A stretch of DNA of 64,000 nucleotides from an uncultured Chloroflexia bacterium (GTDB lineage Bacteria; Chloroflexota; Limnocylindria; Limnocylindrales; CSP1-4): the NCBI GenBank assembly GCA_963801745.1, contig CAWDFY010000005.1:918619-982618 (forward strand), read 5' to 3'. The notes under the pieces are model-generated. The model was given only the letters and a program-made list of their open reading frames with translations. It was not told the origin of the DNA and ran no database searches. The translations under genes and the position numbers were made by a program. Below, piece by piece: positions 39,877 to 49,630 of the stretch. Numbering within the stretch: position 1 is the first letter of the stretch; each line of letters starts with the position of its first letter.

Positions 39877-40895
39877 CAGTCGACGTCCTCGGCGTAGACG
39901 TACCGGGTGGCCGTGGCCGGGTCGGGGTCGGGCTGCGCCTCCGCGTAGTCGGTCGCCTCGTCGACGGTCGCCTTGATGTCGCTACCGACCCGGTCCTCGA
40001 TCTCGTCGGTCAGGACGCCGCCGTCGCGGAGCTGGGCGCGGAATACCGGCACCGGGTCGAGCTCGCGCTCGGCCGCCAGCTCCTCCTCGGAGCGGTACTT
40101 CGTCTGCTGGTCGTCGGACGAGTGCGCGGTCAGGCGGTGGACCTTGGCCTCGATGAGCGTCGGGCCGTCGCCGGCGCGAGCCCTGGCGATCGCGTCGCGC
40201 GCGGCGACGTAGCAGGCCAGCACGTCGTTGCCGTCGACCACGACGCCCGGGATGCCGTAGCCCGGGGCGCGGTCGGCGACGTTGGGCACCGAGACCTGGC
40301 GCGCGGCCGGGACGCTGATGGCGTAGCCGTTGTTCTCGACCACGAACACGAACGGCAGCTTGTGGATGGCCGCGAAGTTCAGGCCCTCGTGGACGTCGCC
40401 CTGGTTGCTGCTGCCCTCGCCCATCGTCGTCATCGCGACCTGACCGGTCTTGCGGATCTTGGCCGCCAGCGCGATCCCGACGGCGTGGAGCAGCTGGGTC
40501 GCGACCGGCGACGAGACCGACACGAGGTTGTGCTCGTGCGACCCGTAGTGGCCGGGCATCTGGCGACCGCCGGATGACGGGTCGTTTGCGGTCGCGTACT
40601 GGGCCGTCAGGATGTCGCGCGGGCTCATTCCGAATGTCAGGCACGTGGCGATCGACCGGTAGAACGGGGCGATCCAGTCGTGGCCCTTCTGGAGCGGCCA
40701 GGTGATGCCGACCTGGGCGCCCTCGTGGCCCTGGCCCGAGATCACGAACGGGATGCGGCCCGCCCGGTTGAGGATCCACATCCGCTCGTCGAGCGCGCGC
40801 GCCAGCGCGACGTAGCGGTACATCTCGACGAGGTCGCCGTCGACCAGGCCGACGCTGGCCGCGAGCCCCGTCTCGCGTTCCTTCGCCACGGCCAT
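39876..40895 (-). CDS. 2-oxoacid dehydrogenase E1 component alpha subunit (TPP-dependent)
   Basis: The sequence reads ...MGEGSSNQGDVHEGLNFAAIHKLPFVFVVENNGYAIS...GYGIPGVVVDGNDV. The start was taken at the ATG at 40895. Upstream ORF-track residues are junk. Confidence 0.8.
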   Translation of the reverse strand: MAVAKERETGLAASVGLVDGDLVEMYRYVALARALDERMWILNRAGRIPFVISGQGHEGAQVGITWPLQKGHDWIAPFYRSIATCLTFGMSPRDILTAQYATANDPSSGGRQMPGHYGSHEHNLVSVSSPVATQLLHAVGIALAAKIRKTGQVAMTTMGEGSSNQGDVHEGLNFAAIHKLPFVFVVENNGYAISVPAARQVSVPNVADRAPGYGIPGVVVDGNDVLACYVAARDAIARARAGDGPTLIEAKVHRLTAHSSDDQQTKYRSEEELAAERELDPVPVFRAQLRDGGVLTDEIEDRVGSDIKATVDEATDYAEAQPDPDPATATRYVYAEDVD

Positions 40896-40902
40896 CGGTC
40901 GA

Positions 40903-42345
40903 TCAGAAGTTGATCGAGCGCCCGTCGACGGCCATCGCCGCCTCGCCGATGACCTCCGATAGCGTCGGATGGGCGTGGGTCGCGCCGCCGATCTCCCACG
41001 CGGTCGCGTCGAGCTCGAAGGCCAGCGACGCCTCGGCGATGAGGTCCGTGGCATGCGGACCGACGACGTGGATGCCGAGCGTGTCGTCGTTCTCGGTGCT
41101 CGAGATGACCTTGGCGAAGCCCTCGTACTCGCCGCCGATGATCGCCTTGGCGATGGCCTGGAACGGTACCTTGCCGACCTTGTACGGCGTGCCGGCGGCC
41201 TTGACCTGTTCCTCGGTCAGGCCGATCGAGGCGATCTCGGGACGGCAGTACGTCGCACGCGGCTGGCTGGCGTAGTCGATCTCATGGACGTCGCTCTCGC
41301 CGGCGATGACATGGGCGGCGGTGATGCCCTCGTGGGCGGCCGTGTGGGCCAGCCACAGCCCGCCGACGATGTCTCCGATCGCGTAGACGTGCGGCTCCCT
41401 GGTCCGCATCCGCCCGTTGACCTTGATGATGCCCTTGTCCGTCTCGACCTTCGTCGTCTCGAGGCCGATGTCCTCGATGTTGGCGGCGCGACCGGTGGCG
41501 ACGAGCATGATCTCGGCGCGGACCTCGCCCTGGTCCTTGCCATCCGGCCCGACCATCAGACAGATGCCGTCCTTCTCGACGCTCACCTTGGCGGGGTCGA
41601 AGCGTGCGTTGGTCATCACCGTCATCCCGCGCTTCTCGAAGCTGCGCTGGACGACACGGCTCACCTCGGCGTCCTCGAGCGGGACGATCTGGGGCAGGTA
41701 CTCAAGCACCGTCACCGCGACACCCATGTCCGCATAGAAGCTGGCGAACTCGACGCCGACCGCACCGGCTCCGACGATCACCACGTCCTTCGGCAGCGCC
41801 TCGGCCTTGAGGACGTCGTCGCTGGTCACGATGCGCTTGCCGTCGGGCGTCAGACCCGGCAGCGACTTGACCCGCGAGCCGGTCGCGAGGATCACGTCGG
41901 TCGCCTGGAGGACCCGCTCGCCACCCTTGCCCGGTGCGCCATCCTCACCTGGCTGGCTGACGCGGATCTTGTTCGGGCCGTCCAGCCGGCCGCGGCCCTC
42001 GACCCACGTCACCTTGTTCTTGGTGACCAGTGACTTCACGCCCGTCCACATCCGCTTGACGACCGCGTCGCGCCGGGCGGCGATGGCGGGGTAGTCGATC
42101 TCGGGCTCACCCGGCAGGATCAGGCCGTAGTCCTTCGCGTGGCGGACCTTCTCGGTGAAGGCCGCCGACTCGAGCAGGGCCTTGGTCGGGATGCAGCCGC
42201 GGTGGAGGCACGTCCCGCCGATCTTGTCCTCGTCGACGAGCGCCACCTTGAGCCCGAGCTGGGCGGCGCGGAAGGCCGCCGTGTAGCCGCCGGTGCCGGC
42301 ACCGAGGACGACGACGTCGAAGTCGTTGGACGAGCCGACGGCCAT
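40903..42345 (-). CDS. lpd: dihydrolipoyl dehydrogenase (E3)
   Basis: The FAD site is GAGTGGY. The redox-active disulfide is GGTCLHRGCIPTK. The second nucleotide-binding site is GAGAVGVEFA. The C-terminal HAHPTLSE is present. Confidence 0.9.
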   Translation of the reverse strand: MAVGSSNDFDVVVLGAGTGGYTAAFRAAQLGLKVALVDEDKIGGTCLHRGCIPTKALLESAAFTEKVRHAKDYGLILPGEPEIDYPAIAARRDAVVKRMWTGVKSLVTKNKVTWVEGRGRLDGPNKIRVSQPGEDGAPGKGGERVLQATDVILATGSRVKSLPGLTPDGKRIVTSDDVLKAEALPKDVVIVGAGAVGVEFASFYADMGVAVTVLEYLPQIVPLEDAEVSRVVQRSFEKRGMTVMTNARFDPAKVSVEKDGICLMVGPDGKDQGEVRAEIMLVATGRAANIEDIGLETTKVETDKGIIKVNGRMRTREPHVYAIGDIVGGLWLAHTAAHEGITAAHVIAGESDVHEIDYASQPRATYCRPEIASIGLTEEQVKAAGTPYKVGKVPFQAIAKAIIGGEYEGFAKVISSTENDDTLGIHVVGPHATDLIAEASLAFELDATAWEIGGATHAHPTLSEVIGEAAMAVDGRSINF

Positions 42346-42541
42346 CGCTCAGGGAGCCTCGGATCGCCTCGGCGCGGAGGCCGTCGAACAGATGTCGAAG
42401 GTCTGCGCGGGCGGGTGGATCATCGCGTTCGATGGTACGCGTGCCCTCGCGACGGACGCAACCGACCGGGGGTCCCGGCGGGCGTCGAGGCCGGTGCTAT
42501 GCTCGCGCGACCCGAGTCGCAAACTCGAACCTGGAGCATCG

Positions 42542-43189
42542 ATGGGACCGGACATCCTGCGCACGGTCGGCCTCATGCTCGTGGCCTATCTTGCCGGCTC
42601 GATCCCCGTCGGTGCGATCGTCGCCCAGCGGGTCGGCGGGCCGGACCTCCGGTCGATCGGGTCGGGGCGGACCGGCGGCACGAACGCGCTGCGGGCGCTC
42701 GGTCGGAAGTGGGCGGTCGTCGTGGTCATCGGCGACCTGTTGAAGGGTGCGCTGCCTGTGCTCCTGGCGCGGGCCGTCACGGGCGACCCGCTCGTCGAGG
42801 TCCTGTGCGGCGTGGCCGCGGTCGCGGGCGCGATCTGGAGCGTGTTCGCGGGCTTCCGCAGCGGTCGAGGCGTCGGGACCGGCGTCGGGACGATGCTCGT
42901 GATCCAGCCGGTCGCCGTGCTGCTCGCCGCCCCGGTGTTCGTGGTGGTGATCCTGCTGACGCGGTACGTGTCGCTCGGGTCCCTGCTTGGGTCAGCGGCC
43001 ATGATCCCGGCGATGCTCCTCATGATGCTGGTGGTGCCGGAGACGCCGTTGCCGTACGTCATCTACACGGCTGTCGGCGTGGCGCTCATCTGGCTCGCCC
43101 ACGCCGACAACATCGAGCGGCTGCTGCACGGCACCGAGCGCAAGTTCGACCTGGGCCTGCTGGCAGGGAAGCCTCCCAGCGGCGGGTAG
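42542..43189 (+). CDS. plsY: glycerol-3-phosphate acyltransferase PlsY
   Basis: GGAG lies 7 nt before the ATG. The motif IGSGRTGGTNALRALG is present. There are 5-6 TM helices. Length is 215 aa. Confidence 0.85.
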   Translation: MGPDILRTVGLMLVAYLAGSIPVGAIVAQRVGGPDLRSIGSGRTGGTNALRALGRKWAVVVVIGDLLKGALPVLLARAVTGDPLVEVLCGVAAVAGAIWSVFAGFRSGRGVGTGVGTMLVIQPVAVLLAAPVFVVVILLTRYVSLGSLLGSAAMIPAMLLMMLVVPETPLPYVIYTAVGVALIWLAHADNIERLLHGTERKFDLGLLAGKPPSGG

Positions 43190-43287
43190 CAGCGGGTTAG
43201 CCGCGGGTCGCGGCGGCCGTTGACTCCCAAACCACGCCACGCCTTCGTAGCGTTGACAGTCCACAGCCGCGCGTTCCGGTCGCGGTT

Positions 43288-43303
43288 TCTGCTCCCAGCA
43301 GAA
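43288..43303. repeat. perfect palindrome TCTGCT-CCC-AGCAGA(A), copy 1
   Basis: Direct reading. It lies in the convergent plsY / LLM intergenic region. Confidence 0.7.
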
Positions 43304-43402
43304 GATCCGGGGCTCCGGTGATGGCTAGAGCCCAGGTCGGCGCGGTGCCGCGCGTGGCTCGAGTCGCGGGTGGGCCGTTATCGGTCGCCGACGGCCGAAT
43401 CG

Positions 43403-43418
43403 TCTGCTCCCAGCAGAA
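43403..43418. repeat. perfect palindrome TCTGCT-CCC-AGCAGA(A), copy 2 (115 nt from copy 1)
   Basis: Direct reading. It is identical to copy 1, and flanking gaatcg is also shared. Confidence 0.7.
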
Positions 43419-43467
43419 TCGAACTCAGTAACAGACAAAGCCTCGCAAGACGCGAGCGGATGGCCGC

Positions 43468-44401
43468 CTAGCGAGTGGCCTCGGCGCCGGCAGCCACCCG
43501 CGCCCGCGCGACCTCCGCCGCGGCACCCAGCAGCTCGACTGCCTCGGACGTCCGCGGCCAGACGTGCACGATCAGGTGGGAGATCCCAAGGTCCGCGTAC
43601 CCGGCGAGTGCAGTTCCGACCTCGTCGATGCTGCCGCGGATCGCCTCCTCGGGGCGGTCGTCGTCGCCGGGCGCGATCGCGACGAACACGCCGACGGTCC
43701 GTTCCATCGAATCGCGCGGTCGGCCGGCCGCGTCGAGCGCCTCGTCGAGCCGCGCGAGGCGCTCACGCAGCTCGTCGGCCTCGTCGGGATGTCCGTACCA
43801 CGCCGCATTCCAGGCGTCCGCGTGGCGGGCCACCAGCTCGAGCATGCGCGGCCCCTTGCCGGCGATGAGGATCGGCAGGCCGTCCGGCCGCGGACCGGGC
43901 GGCGCCAGTCGCGCATCGGCCGCATGCTGCCAGCGGCCGTCGAACGTGGCCGTGCCGGTCCGCAGCATCGGCGCGATGATCTCGAGCGCCTCGGCGAACT
44001 GGCTGACGCGGTGGTCGAACTCGTAGCCGAACGCGTCGAACTCGGGCTCATGCCAGCCGCACCCGAGACCCAGCACCAGGCGGCCGCCGCTGATCTCGTC
44101 GAGTGTCGTCGCCATCTTCGCGGTCAGGGCCGGGTTCCGGAACGGCACGCACAGCACGAGTGGGCCGACCTCGACCCGTGACGTGATGGCGGCCACGGCT
44201 GCGAGCACGGTCCACGCCTCGTGGATCCCGTCGGTCCGGTCACCGTCCTCGTCGTCGCGGAACAGCAGGTGGTCCGCACACCACACCGAATCGAGCCCGC
44301 TCGCCTCGGCGGCAAGGACCATTTCCCGGAGCGGCGACCACCTGTCGGGACACGGTCAGGAGCTCCTGCTGGCCGATGGGCAGCATCAGACCGATCTTCA
44401 T
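43468..44401 (-). CDS. LLM-class (luciferase-like) F420-dependent oxidoreductase, 1-nt frameshift near 44330
   Basis: The N-terminus MKIGLMLPIGQQELLTVSRQVVAAP is in one frame. The body EMVLAAEASGLDSVWCADHLLF... continues in the next frame. The indel is in gctccgggaaatgg. Confidence 0.7.
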
Positions 44402-44521
44402 GGCGACGATCGTAGCGGCGGAGCTCGCCACGAATCATTCGACCCGGGTCGGCTGACGACCCGGGTCGGGGATCACGCTGGTTCGGCGGGCCGTGGGTCG
44501 GCCCGCGCCGAGAGGATGTGA

Positions 44522-44911
44522 CTAGGCGCCGCGCATGCTCCGGAAGCAGTCGCTGCAGTAGACGGGCTTGCCGCTCGTCGGGCGGAATGGGACCTGGGCC
44601 TCGCGACCGCAATTCGAGCAGGTGGCTGCGAACATCTCGCGCGGACCGCGGTCGCGGTACCCACCGCCACCACCGTACCCGCCGCCGCCGCCACCACCAC
44701 CGGCGGAATAGCCGCCGCTGGCACCGTAGCTGCCGTACGAGCCGCCGCCGCCGCCGGTGTCCGCGTTGCGCGCCGCCTTGCGGCTGGCGCGGCACGAAGC
44801 GCAGCGGCGCGGCTCGGTGAAGCCACGCTGTGCGTAGAAGTCCTGCTCGGACGCGGTGAACACGAACTCCTGTCCACAGTCCGCGCAGGTCAGGTTCTTG
44901 TCGCTGTACAA
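44522..44911 (-). CDS. CxxC-x17-CxxC zinc-ribbon protein with Gly-rich linker
   Basis: GAGAGGAG lies 8 nt before the TTG start. The sequence reads YSDKNLTCADCGQEFVFTASEQDFYAQRGFTEPRRCASC. Then a GGGGGSYGSYGASGGYSAGGGGGGGGYGGGGG linker. A second ribbon follows (CSNCGREAQVPFRPTSGKPVYCSDC). Confidence 0.7.
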   Translation of the reverse strand: MYSDKNLTCADCGQEFVFTASEQDFYAQRGFTEPRRCASCRASRKAARNADTGGGGGSYGSYGASGGYSAGGGGGGGGYGGGGGYRDRGPREMFAATCSNCGREAQVPFRPTSGKPVYCSDCFRSMRGA

Positions 44912-45111
44912 GGAACAGACTCCTCTCGGTAGCCGGCGCGATCCCGTCGGGTTTCTCGCGTCAGCCGTGAGAGGAGTCCGAGTGCGTCGAGCTACGTCTC
45001 TGGCCACGGACGCTTCCGTGGCGTTTGCAGCGCGATGCTACGCGGTCAGAACGTCGATGTACAGCCCTGACTTTCGTGAGATTCGCGCACCGCCGGCGGT
45101 CCCGGGCACGC

Positions 45112-45819
45112 TCAGAAAGGCGCGACCGCGAACAGGTGGCTGAACTGCTTGCACCAGATGATCGCGCTGCGGAATCGGTCCGGGTCGGTGCCTGCCGGCA
45201 GGTCGTAGCCGAAGGAGCCGTCGGTCGCCTTGAGCACCCCGACTTCGAGCGCGTCGTCAGCGTAGTCATCGGCGGCCGTCGACAGGTACACGTAGAGGTC
45301 GGGGCCGTTGCGGACGCTGAAATCCTGGAGCCGCAGGTGGAAGCGACCCGGCTCCACCTCGACGATCGATGCGGTCCCGCGGCCGAAGTGGAACTCGTCG
45401 GTGCCGGAGAACTCGCCCGTCGCTAGCGTCACAGGCTCGAACGGCGTCGGCGAGGGCGCCCGGGTGGGTTCGGGCGAGCGGGTCGGCGTGGCGGACGGAG
45501 GCGCCGTCGGCGCCGAGCTGGCGACCGACGGCGCCGGGTCGGACGCGACCGAGGGAGCCGCCGGGCCTGCCTCGACCAGTGACGTCCGGATCCAGATGGG
45601 CGAGGCGAGATACCAGACCAGCGGCGCCCCGACCGCGATCGCGAGCGCGGCGACCGCGGTCGACCTGCCCGGGTGGCGCCGAGCGGCCGCGAACCAGCCG
45701 CGCCGCCAGGCGGCGGCGAGCAGGACGACGACCACCAGCGCCGTCGCGATCGCGATCGGGAAGCGGAAGTCGTACAGCGCTTCGAAGAACGTCCGTCCGA
45801 TGTCGGCCGCGTCATCCAT
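45112..45819 (-). CDS. DM13 domain-containing membrane-anchored protein
   Basis: There is an N-terminal TM and a Pro/Ser/Ala linker. The C-terminal portion reads GEFSGTDEFHFGRGTASIVEVEPGRFHLRLQDFSVRNGPDLYVYLS...AIIWCKQFSHLFAVAPF, as expected for DM13. Confidence 0.65.
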   Translation of the reverse strand: MDDAADIGRTFFEALYDFRFPIAIATALVVVVLLAAAWRRGWFAAARRHPGRSTAVAALAIAVGAPLVWYLASPIWIRTSLVEAGPAAPSVASDPAPSVASSAPTAPPSATPTRSPEPTRAPSPTPFEPVTLATGEFSGTDEFHFGRGTASIVEVEPGRFHLRLQDFSVRNGPDLYVYLSTAADDYADDALEVGVLKATDGSFGYDLPAGTDPDRFRSAIIWCKQFSHLFAVAPF

Positions 45820-45873
45820 CGCCCCGAACGGTGACCCGCCCCGATGACGACCTGATGACCGACCCGCGTCGGG

Positions 45874-47555
45874 TCAGCCGGCCGGTGGCGGCACCCCGTA
45901 CTCGCGGCGGGCGCTGGCAAGGTACGCGTCGCGCTCGCGTTCGCACTCGTCGTCGTCCCAGCCGAGCTCGCGGGCCATGATCGCCGCCACCCTCGGCGCG
46001 ACGGCCTGACCGCGGTCGGCGAGCTCGGGACTCAACCGGAAGCGGCGCGACAGGACGTCGTCGACGGACATGGCCAGCTCGTGACGCACCGCCCACGCCA
46101 CCTCGGCCTCGAGGAACGGCCGCTCCGGCACGAGCGGCCGGATGAGGTCCAGCTCCTCCCCGAGCGGCCACGACGGCGGACGCCTGGGATCCGTGCCGCG
46201 CGACCAGGCGCGCCTGCGGCGTCAGGGTGCGCCGCGGCCACGGCCGGGTGCGCCGCGATCTCCGTCACGAGCCGCGGCAGTGCATCGGCATCGGCCGCCC
46301 CGACCAGCCGGTGCTCGGCCGTTCCGCTGGGCCGCCGCCGCGCTTCCTCGGGCCCGAGGGCGGCATCGATCACGTCTGCGCGCCATGACCCGGTACGTCG
46401 TGTACTTGCCACCACCGATGCGGACGACACCGTTCGACTCGACCGTTACCCGATGCTCGCGCGACGCCTTGACGGTCGAGCCTCCCGACGGCGCGATGAG
46501 CGGCCGCAGCCCGGCGTAGGTGCCGACCACGTCGGTCCGTTCGAGGTCGACGTCGAGCGTGCCGTTGACGGTCGCCAGCAGCTCGTCGACCTCCCAGCCG
46601 TCGGCCACGGGTCGCTCGAACGGCCCCGTGTACGGTGCGTCGGTCGTGCCGATGACCCAGTGATCCGGCCAGGGCACGAGGAACACGACCTTGCCCGGGA
46701 CGCGGATCGTCAGGCCGGCCGACATCGGGATCCGCTCGCGCGGAACTACGACGTGTGCGCCCCTGCTCGGCTGGATGCGCAGCGACTCGCTCGAGAACGG
46801 GTGATCGGCCTCGGCCGCCCACGCACCCGTCGCGTCGACCACGAGGCGTGTTCGGACCTCGTGCTCGTCGCCGGTCACTCGGTCGACCACGAACAGCGTC
46901 CGCAGCCCGCCCGGCGCCGCGTCGCCGAGGCCGGTCGCTCGGGCTCGCGTCAGGACGACTGGCGCGGCATCCGTCGCGAGCGCGGTCCTGGCCACCGCGA
47001 GGGCGAGGCGAGCGTCGTCCTCGACACCGTCGTGGTAAAGGAGCGCCGCCGCGCAGCCGGTCCCGGCGGAGCGCGGGCGCGACCTCGAGGGTGGCAGCGA
47101 CGCCGAGGCGCCGATGCCAGCCGCCGTCGTGACGGGCGCCCAGCAGGTCGTACAGCGTGAGGCCGGTGTCGTAGAACGCCTTGTGGACGACCGGCAGGCC
47201 GTAGATCGGGAAGAGCTGCGGCTCGAGCGTCACGAGGTGCGGGGCGTTGCGCAGGAGCCGGCCACGCTCCGCGCAGCCCCTCGCGGACCAGCGGGAAGTG
47301 GAGCTGCTCGAGGTAGCGCAGCCCGCCGTGGATGAGTCGCGACGATCGCGACGACGTCCCCGACGCGATGTCGTCCTGTTCGACGAGCGCGGCGCGCAGC
47401 CCGCGCGTCGCGGCGTCGAGCAGAGCGCCCGACCCGACGATGCCGCCACCGACGATCACCACGTCCCAGGTCTCGTCGACCAGGCGAGCGAGGTCGGCCG
47501 ACCGGCGCTGGAGTGGGGCCGATAGGTCCGCGGGCTTCGCTCCCGGCCCCGTCAC
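45874..47555 (-). pseudogene. glpD: FAD-dependent glycerol-3-phosphate dehydrogenase, at least 4 frameshifts
   Basis: Consecutive GlpD segments lie in four different minus-strand frames. These are the FAD site (DVVIVGGGIVGSGALLDAATRGLRAALVE...SGTSSRSSRLIHGGLRYLEQ), then RNAPHLVTLEPQLFPIYG..., then ...GAHVVVPRERIPMSAGL...GKYTTYRVMA, then the C-terminus PFLEAEVAWAVRHELAMSVDDVLSRRFRLS. Confidence 0.7.
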
Positions 47556-47782
47556 CGCTCGCCGTCGACCGGCCGGCCGCGCGAGATGCGCCACAACAGC
47601 CAGGCCGTGCCGACGATCAGGACCACGATCAGGACCGGCCCCTGGAAGATCGCCTGCTGGATCGGCGTCGGCAGGAAGCCGGTGAGCGCCGCCGCGCCGA
47701 GCACGACCACCACGACGCCGATGGCCAGCAGGACGACCTGTGGCCAGCCGGGTTCGCGACCGGGCGCCTCGGGCTCAGCCAC
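47552..47782 (-). CDS. small 2-TM membrane protein (hypothetical)
   Basis: The GTG at 47782 lies 2 nt after the YjeF_N stop. Two hydrophobic helices are QVVLLAIGVVVVVLGAAALTGFL and VLIVVLIVGTAWLLW. Confidence 0.35.
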   Translation of the reverse strand: MAEPEAPGREPGWPQVVLLAIGVVVVVLGAAALTGFLPTPIQQAIFQGPVLIVVLIVGTAWLLWRISRGRPVDGER

Positions 47783-48581
47783 GGTCCGCGTCGGCAGGGA
47801 TGCCGATCGGGGCGACCAGCACCTTGCCCGCATGCGCCGAGCCGCGTCGCGTCGCCAGGCCGGTCTTCGGGCGGTGGAACGTGACCGTCAGGTCGGCGAG
47901 CACGGCCGGATCGGAGGGTTCGCCGCTGGACAGGTCGACGGCCGTCGGCGTGTCGACGGCCACCACCGGGATGCCGGCACGGTGCGCGCGATCGATGACC
48001 TCGACCGCGCTGCGGATCGGCTCGCGAAGCGGTCCGCGAACGCCCGTTCCGAGCAGCGCGTCGACGATCACGGCGGCCTTCTCGATGCCTTGCCCGAAGA
48101 CCGCCACGTCGCGGGCGACCGCCGCGTGGACCTTGGCGATCCCCGTGTCGCGCGCGATGCGATCCCAGTTCCGGGACGACGTCGCTCCGGTCGGACGCGC
48201 CTCGGCGGCGATCACGGCGACGACGACGCGGCCACCGTTGAGGGCGAGCCGGCGGGCGGCGACATAGCCGTCGCCGCCGTTGTTGCCGGGTCCGCACAGG
48301 ATCACGATCGGTCCCTTGTCCCATCGGTCCGTGTCGACGGCGAGCGCCCGGACCGCCGCGGCGACCGCGGTCCCGGCGTGTTCCATCAGCCGTTCCTCGC
48401 TGACGCCGAGCGCCTGGGCGCGCCGGTCGGCACCGCGCATCGCCTCTGCGCCGATCGGAGGCAGGTCCGCGCGGTCGGCCCACCGATGTCGGAGCCCGCG
48501 CAGGTCGAGCTCGAAGATCAGGGGGTCGTCGGCGGGCAGGGGCGAGGTGGCGGACCCGCTGGCCGCCGGGCTGGACGACAT
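47775..48581 (-). CDS. NAD(P)H-hydrate epimerase (YjeF N-terminal domain)
   Basis: The sequence reads ...GPIVILCGPGNNGGDGYVAARRLALNGGRVVVAV...DALLGTGVRGPLREP. The ATG lies at 48581. Confidence 0.75.
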   Translation of the reverse strand: MSSSPAASGSATSPLPADDPLIFELDLRGLRHRWADRADLPPIGAEAMRGADRRAQALGVSEERLMEHAGTAVAAAVRALAVDTDRWDKGPIVILCGPGNNGGDGYVAARRLALNGGRVVVAVIAAEARPTGATSSRNWDRIARDTGIAKVHAAVARDVAVFGQGIEKAAVIVDALLGTGVRGPLREPIRSAVEVIDRAHRAGIPVVAVDTPTAVDLSSGEPSDPAVLADLTVTFHRPKTGLATRRGSAHAGKVLVAPIGIPADADRG

Positions 48582-48615
48582 GGTCCGCCAAGGGTATCCG
48601 ACCGTGGTCGACGGG

Positions 48616-49551
48616 TCAGGCCGTGGCCAGCCGTGCCCGCAGACCACCGGTCGACGTCATCTCCTCGAGCTCCAGCAGGCCGTCGCCGGCCATCGCCAGC
48701 GCTGCCGTCCGGACCCGCCCGAGATCGTGTGCGCCGATCGGCTCGTCGAGGGCGACCCAGCTGTCGCCCGGAGCTGCCCGCAGCCGGTCGAGGATGCGGC
48801 CGCGAAGCCAGCGGGTCGTGGCCGGGAACGCCTGCGGCGGTCGACGACGTGACAGCCGAGCTGCGTCCCCCGGCTCCCGTCCGCCACTCGCCGCGAAGCG
48901 ACACCAGGCGCGCATCGGGCAGTCGTCGCAACGCGGCCCGCGCGGGCGGCAGATCGTGGCGCCGAGATCCATGACCGCGTGGGTCCAGGCGGCGGGTCGG
49001 TCGGTCGGGACGGCTCTGTCGGCAAGGGCCTGCAGCGCTCGCGTCGACAGCACTCCCGGGTCGCCGGCGACGATGCGGCCGAGGACCCGACGGACGTTGA
49101 CGTCGACCGCTCCGACCGGCCGGTCGAACGCGATGGCCGCGACCGCCCGGGCGGTGTACGGACCAACGCCGGGCAGGGCCTCGAGCGCCTCGACCGAGTC
49201 GGGGACTCGACCGCCATGCTCGTCGCGGATCATGATCGCGGCCCGTCGAAGGGCGAGCGCGCGACGGTCGTAGCCGAGCCCGCGCCACGCCCGGAGGACC
49301 TCCGCCGGGGAGGCAGACGCGAGCGACTCGACCGTCGGGAAGCGCGCCATGAAGCGCTCCCAGCTGGCGGCGGCGCGCGCGGCCTGGGTCTGCTGGGCCA
49401 TCGCCTCCGACACGAGGACCGCGTAGGGATCGGCGGTCCGGCGGAACGCGAGGGGACGCCCACGCTCCGCGTACCAGTCGAGAAGGGCGTCTCTCGCCGC
49501 GGGCTCGATGCCGGCCGGGTGCTCCACGCGGCGAGGATAGCCTCGGTGCAT
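48616..49551 (-). CDS. mutY: A/G-specific adenine DNA glycosylase (HhH-GPD, 4Fe-4S)
   Basis: The HhH region is LPGVGPYTARAVAAIAFD. The Fe-S cluster loop is CRPRGPRCDDCPMRAWC. The ATG lies at 49551. Confidence 0.8.
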   Translation of the reverse strand: MHRGYPRRVEHPAGIEPAARDALLDWYAERGRPLAFRRTADPYAVLVSEAMAQQTQAARAAASWERFMARFPTVESLASASPAEVLRAWRGLGYDRRALALRRAAIMIRDEHGGRVPDSVEALEALPGVGPYTARAVAAIAFDRPVGAVDVNVRRVLGRIVAGDPGVLSTRALQALADRAVPTDRPAAWTHAVMDLGATICRPRGPRCDDCPMRAWCRFAASGGREPGDAARLSRRRPPQAFPATTRWLRGRILDRLRAAPGDSWVALDEPIGAHDLGRVRTAALAMAGDGLLELEEMTSTGGLRARLATA

Positions 49552-49630
49552 CGACAAGTGAGCGACGGTTGACCGGGCGATGACCGACGACGCGTACGAT
49601 GCTCGTGCATCCGCCCGGGAGGTTCGTTCC

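Noticed and set aside
43190-43467. Possible tRNA in the plsY/LLM intergenic region (gagttcgattc on the minus strand resembles a T-loop)
   Set aside because: The flanking bases do not form a T-stem. No acceptor stem or anticodon arm can be drawn.
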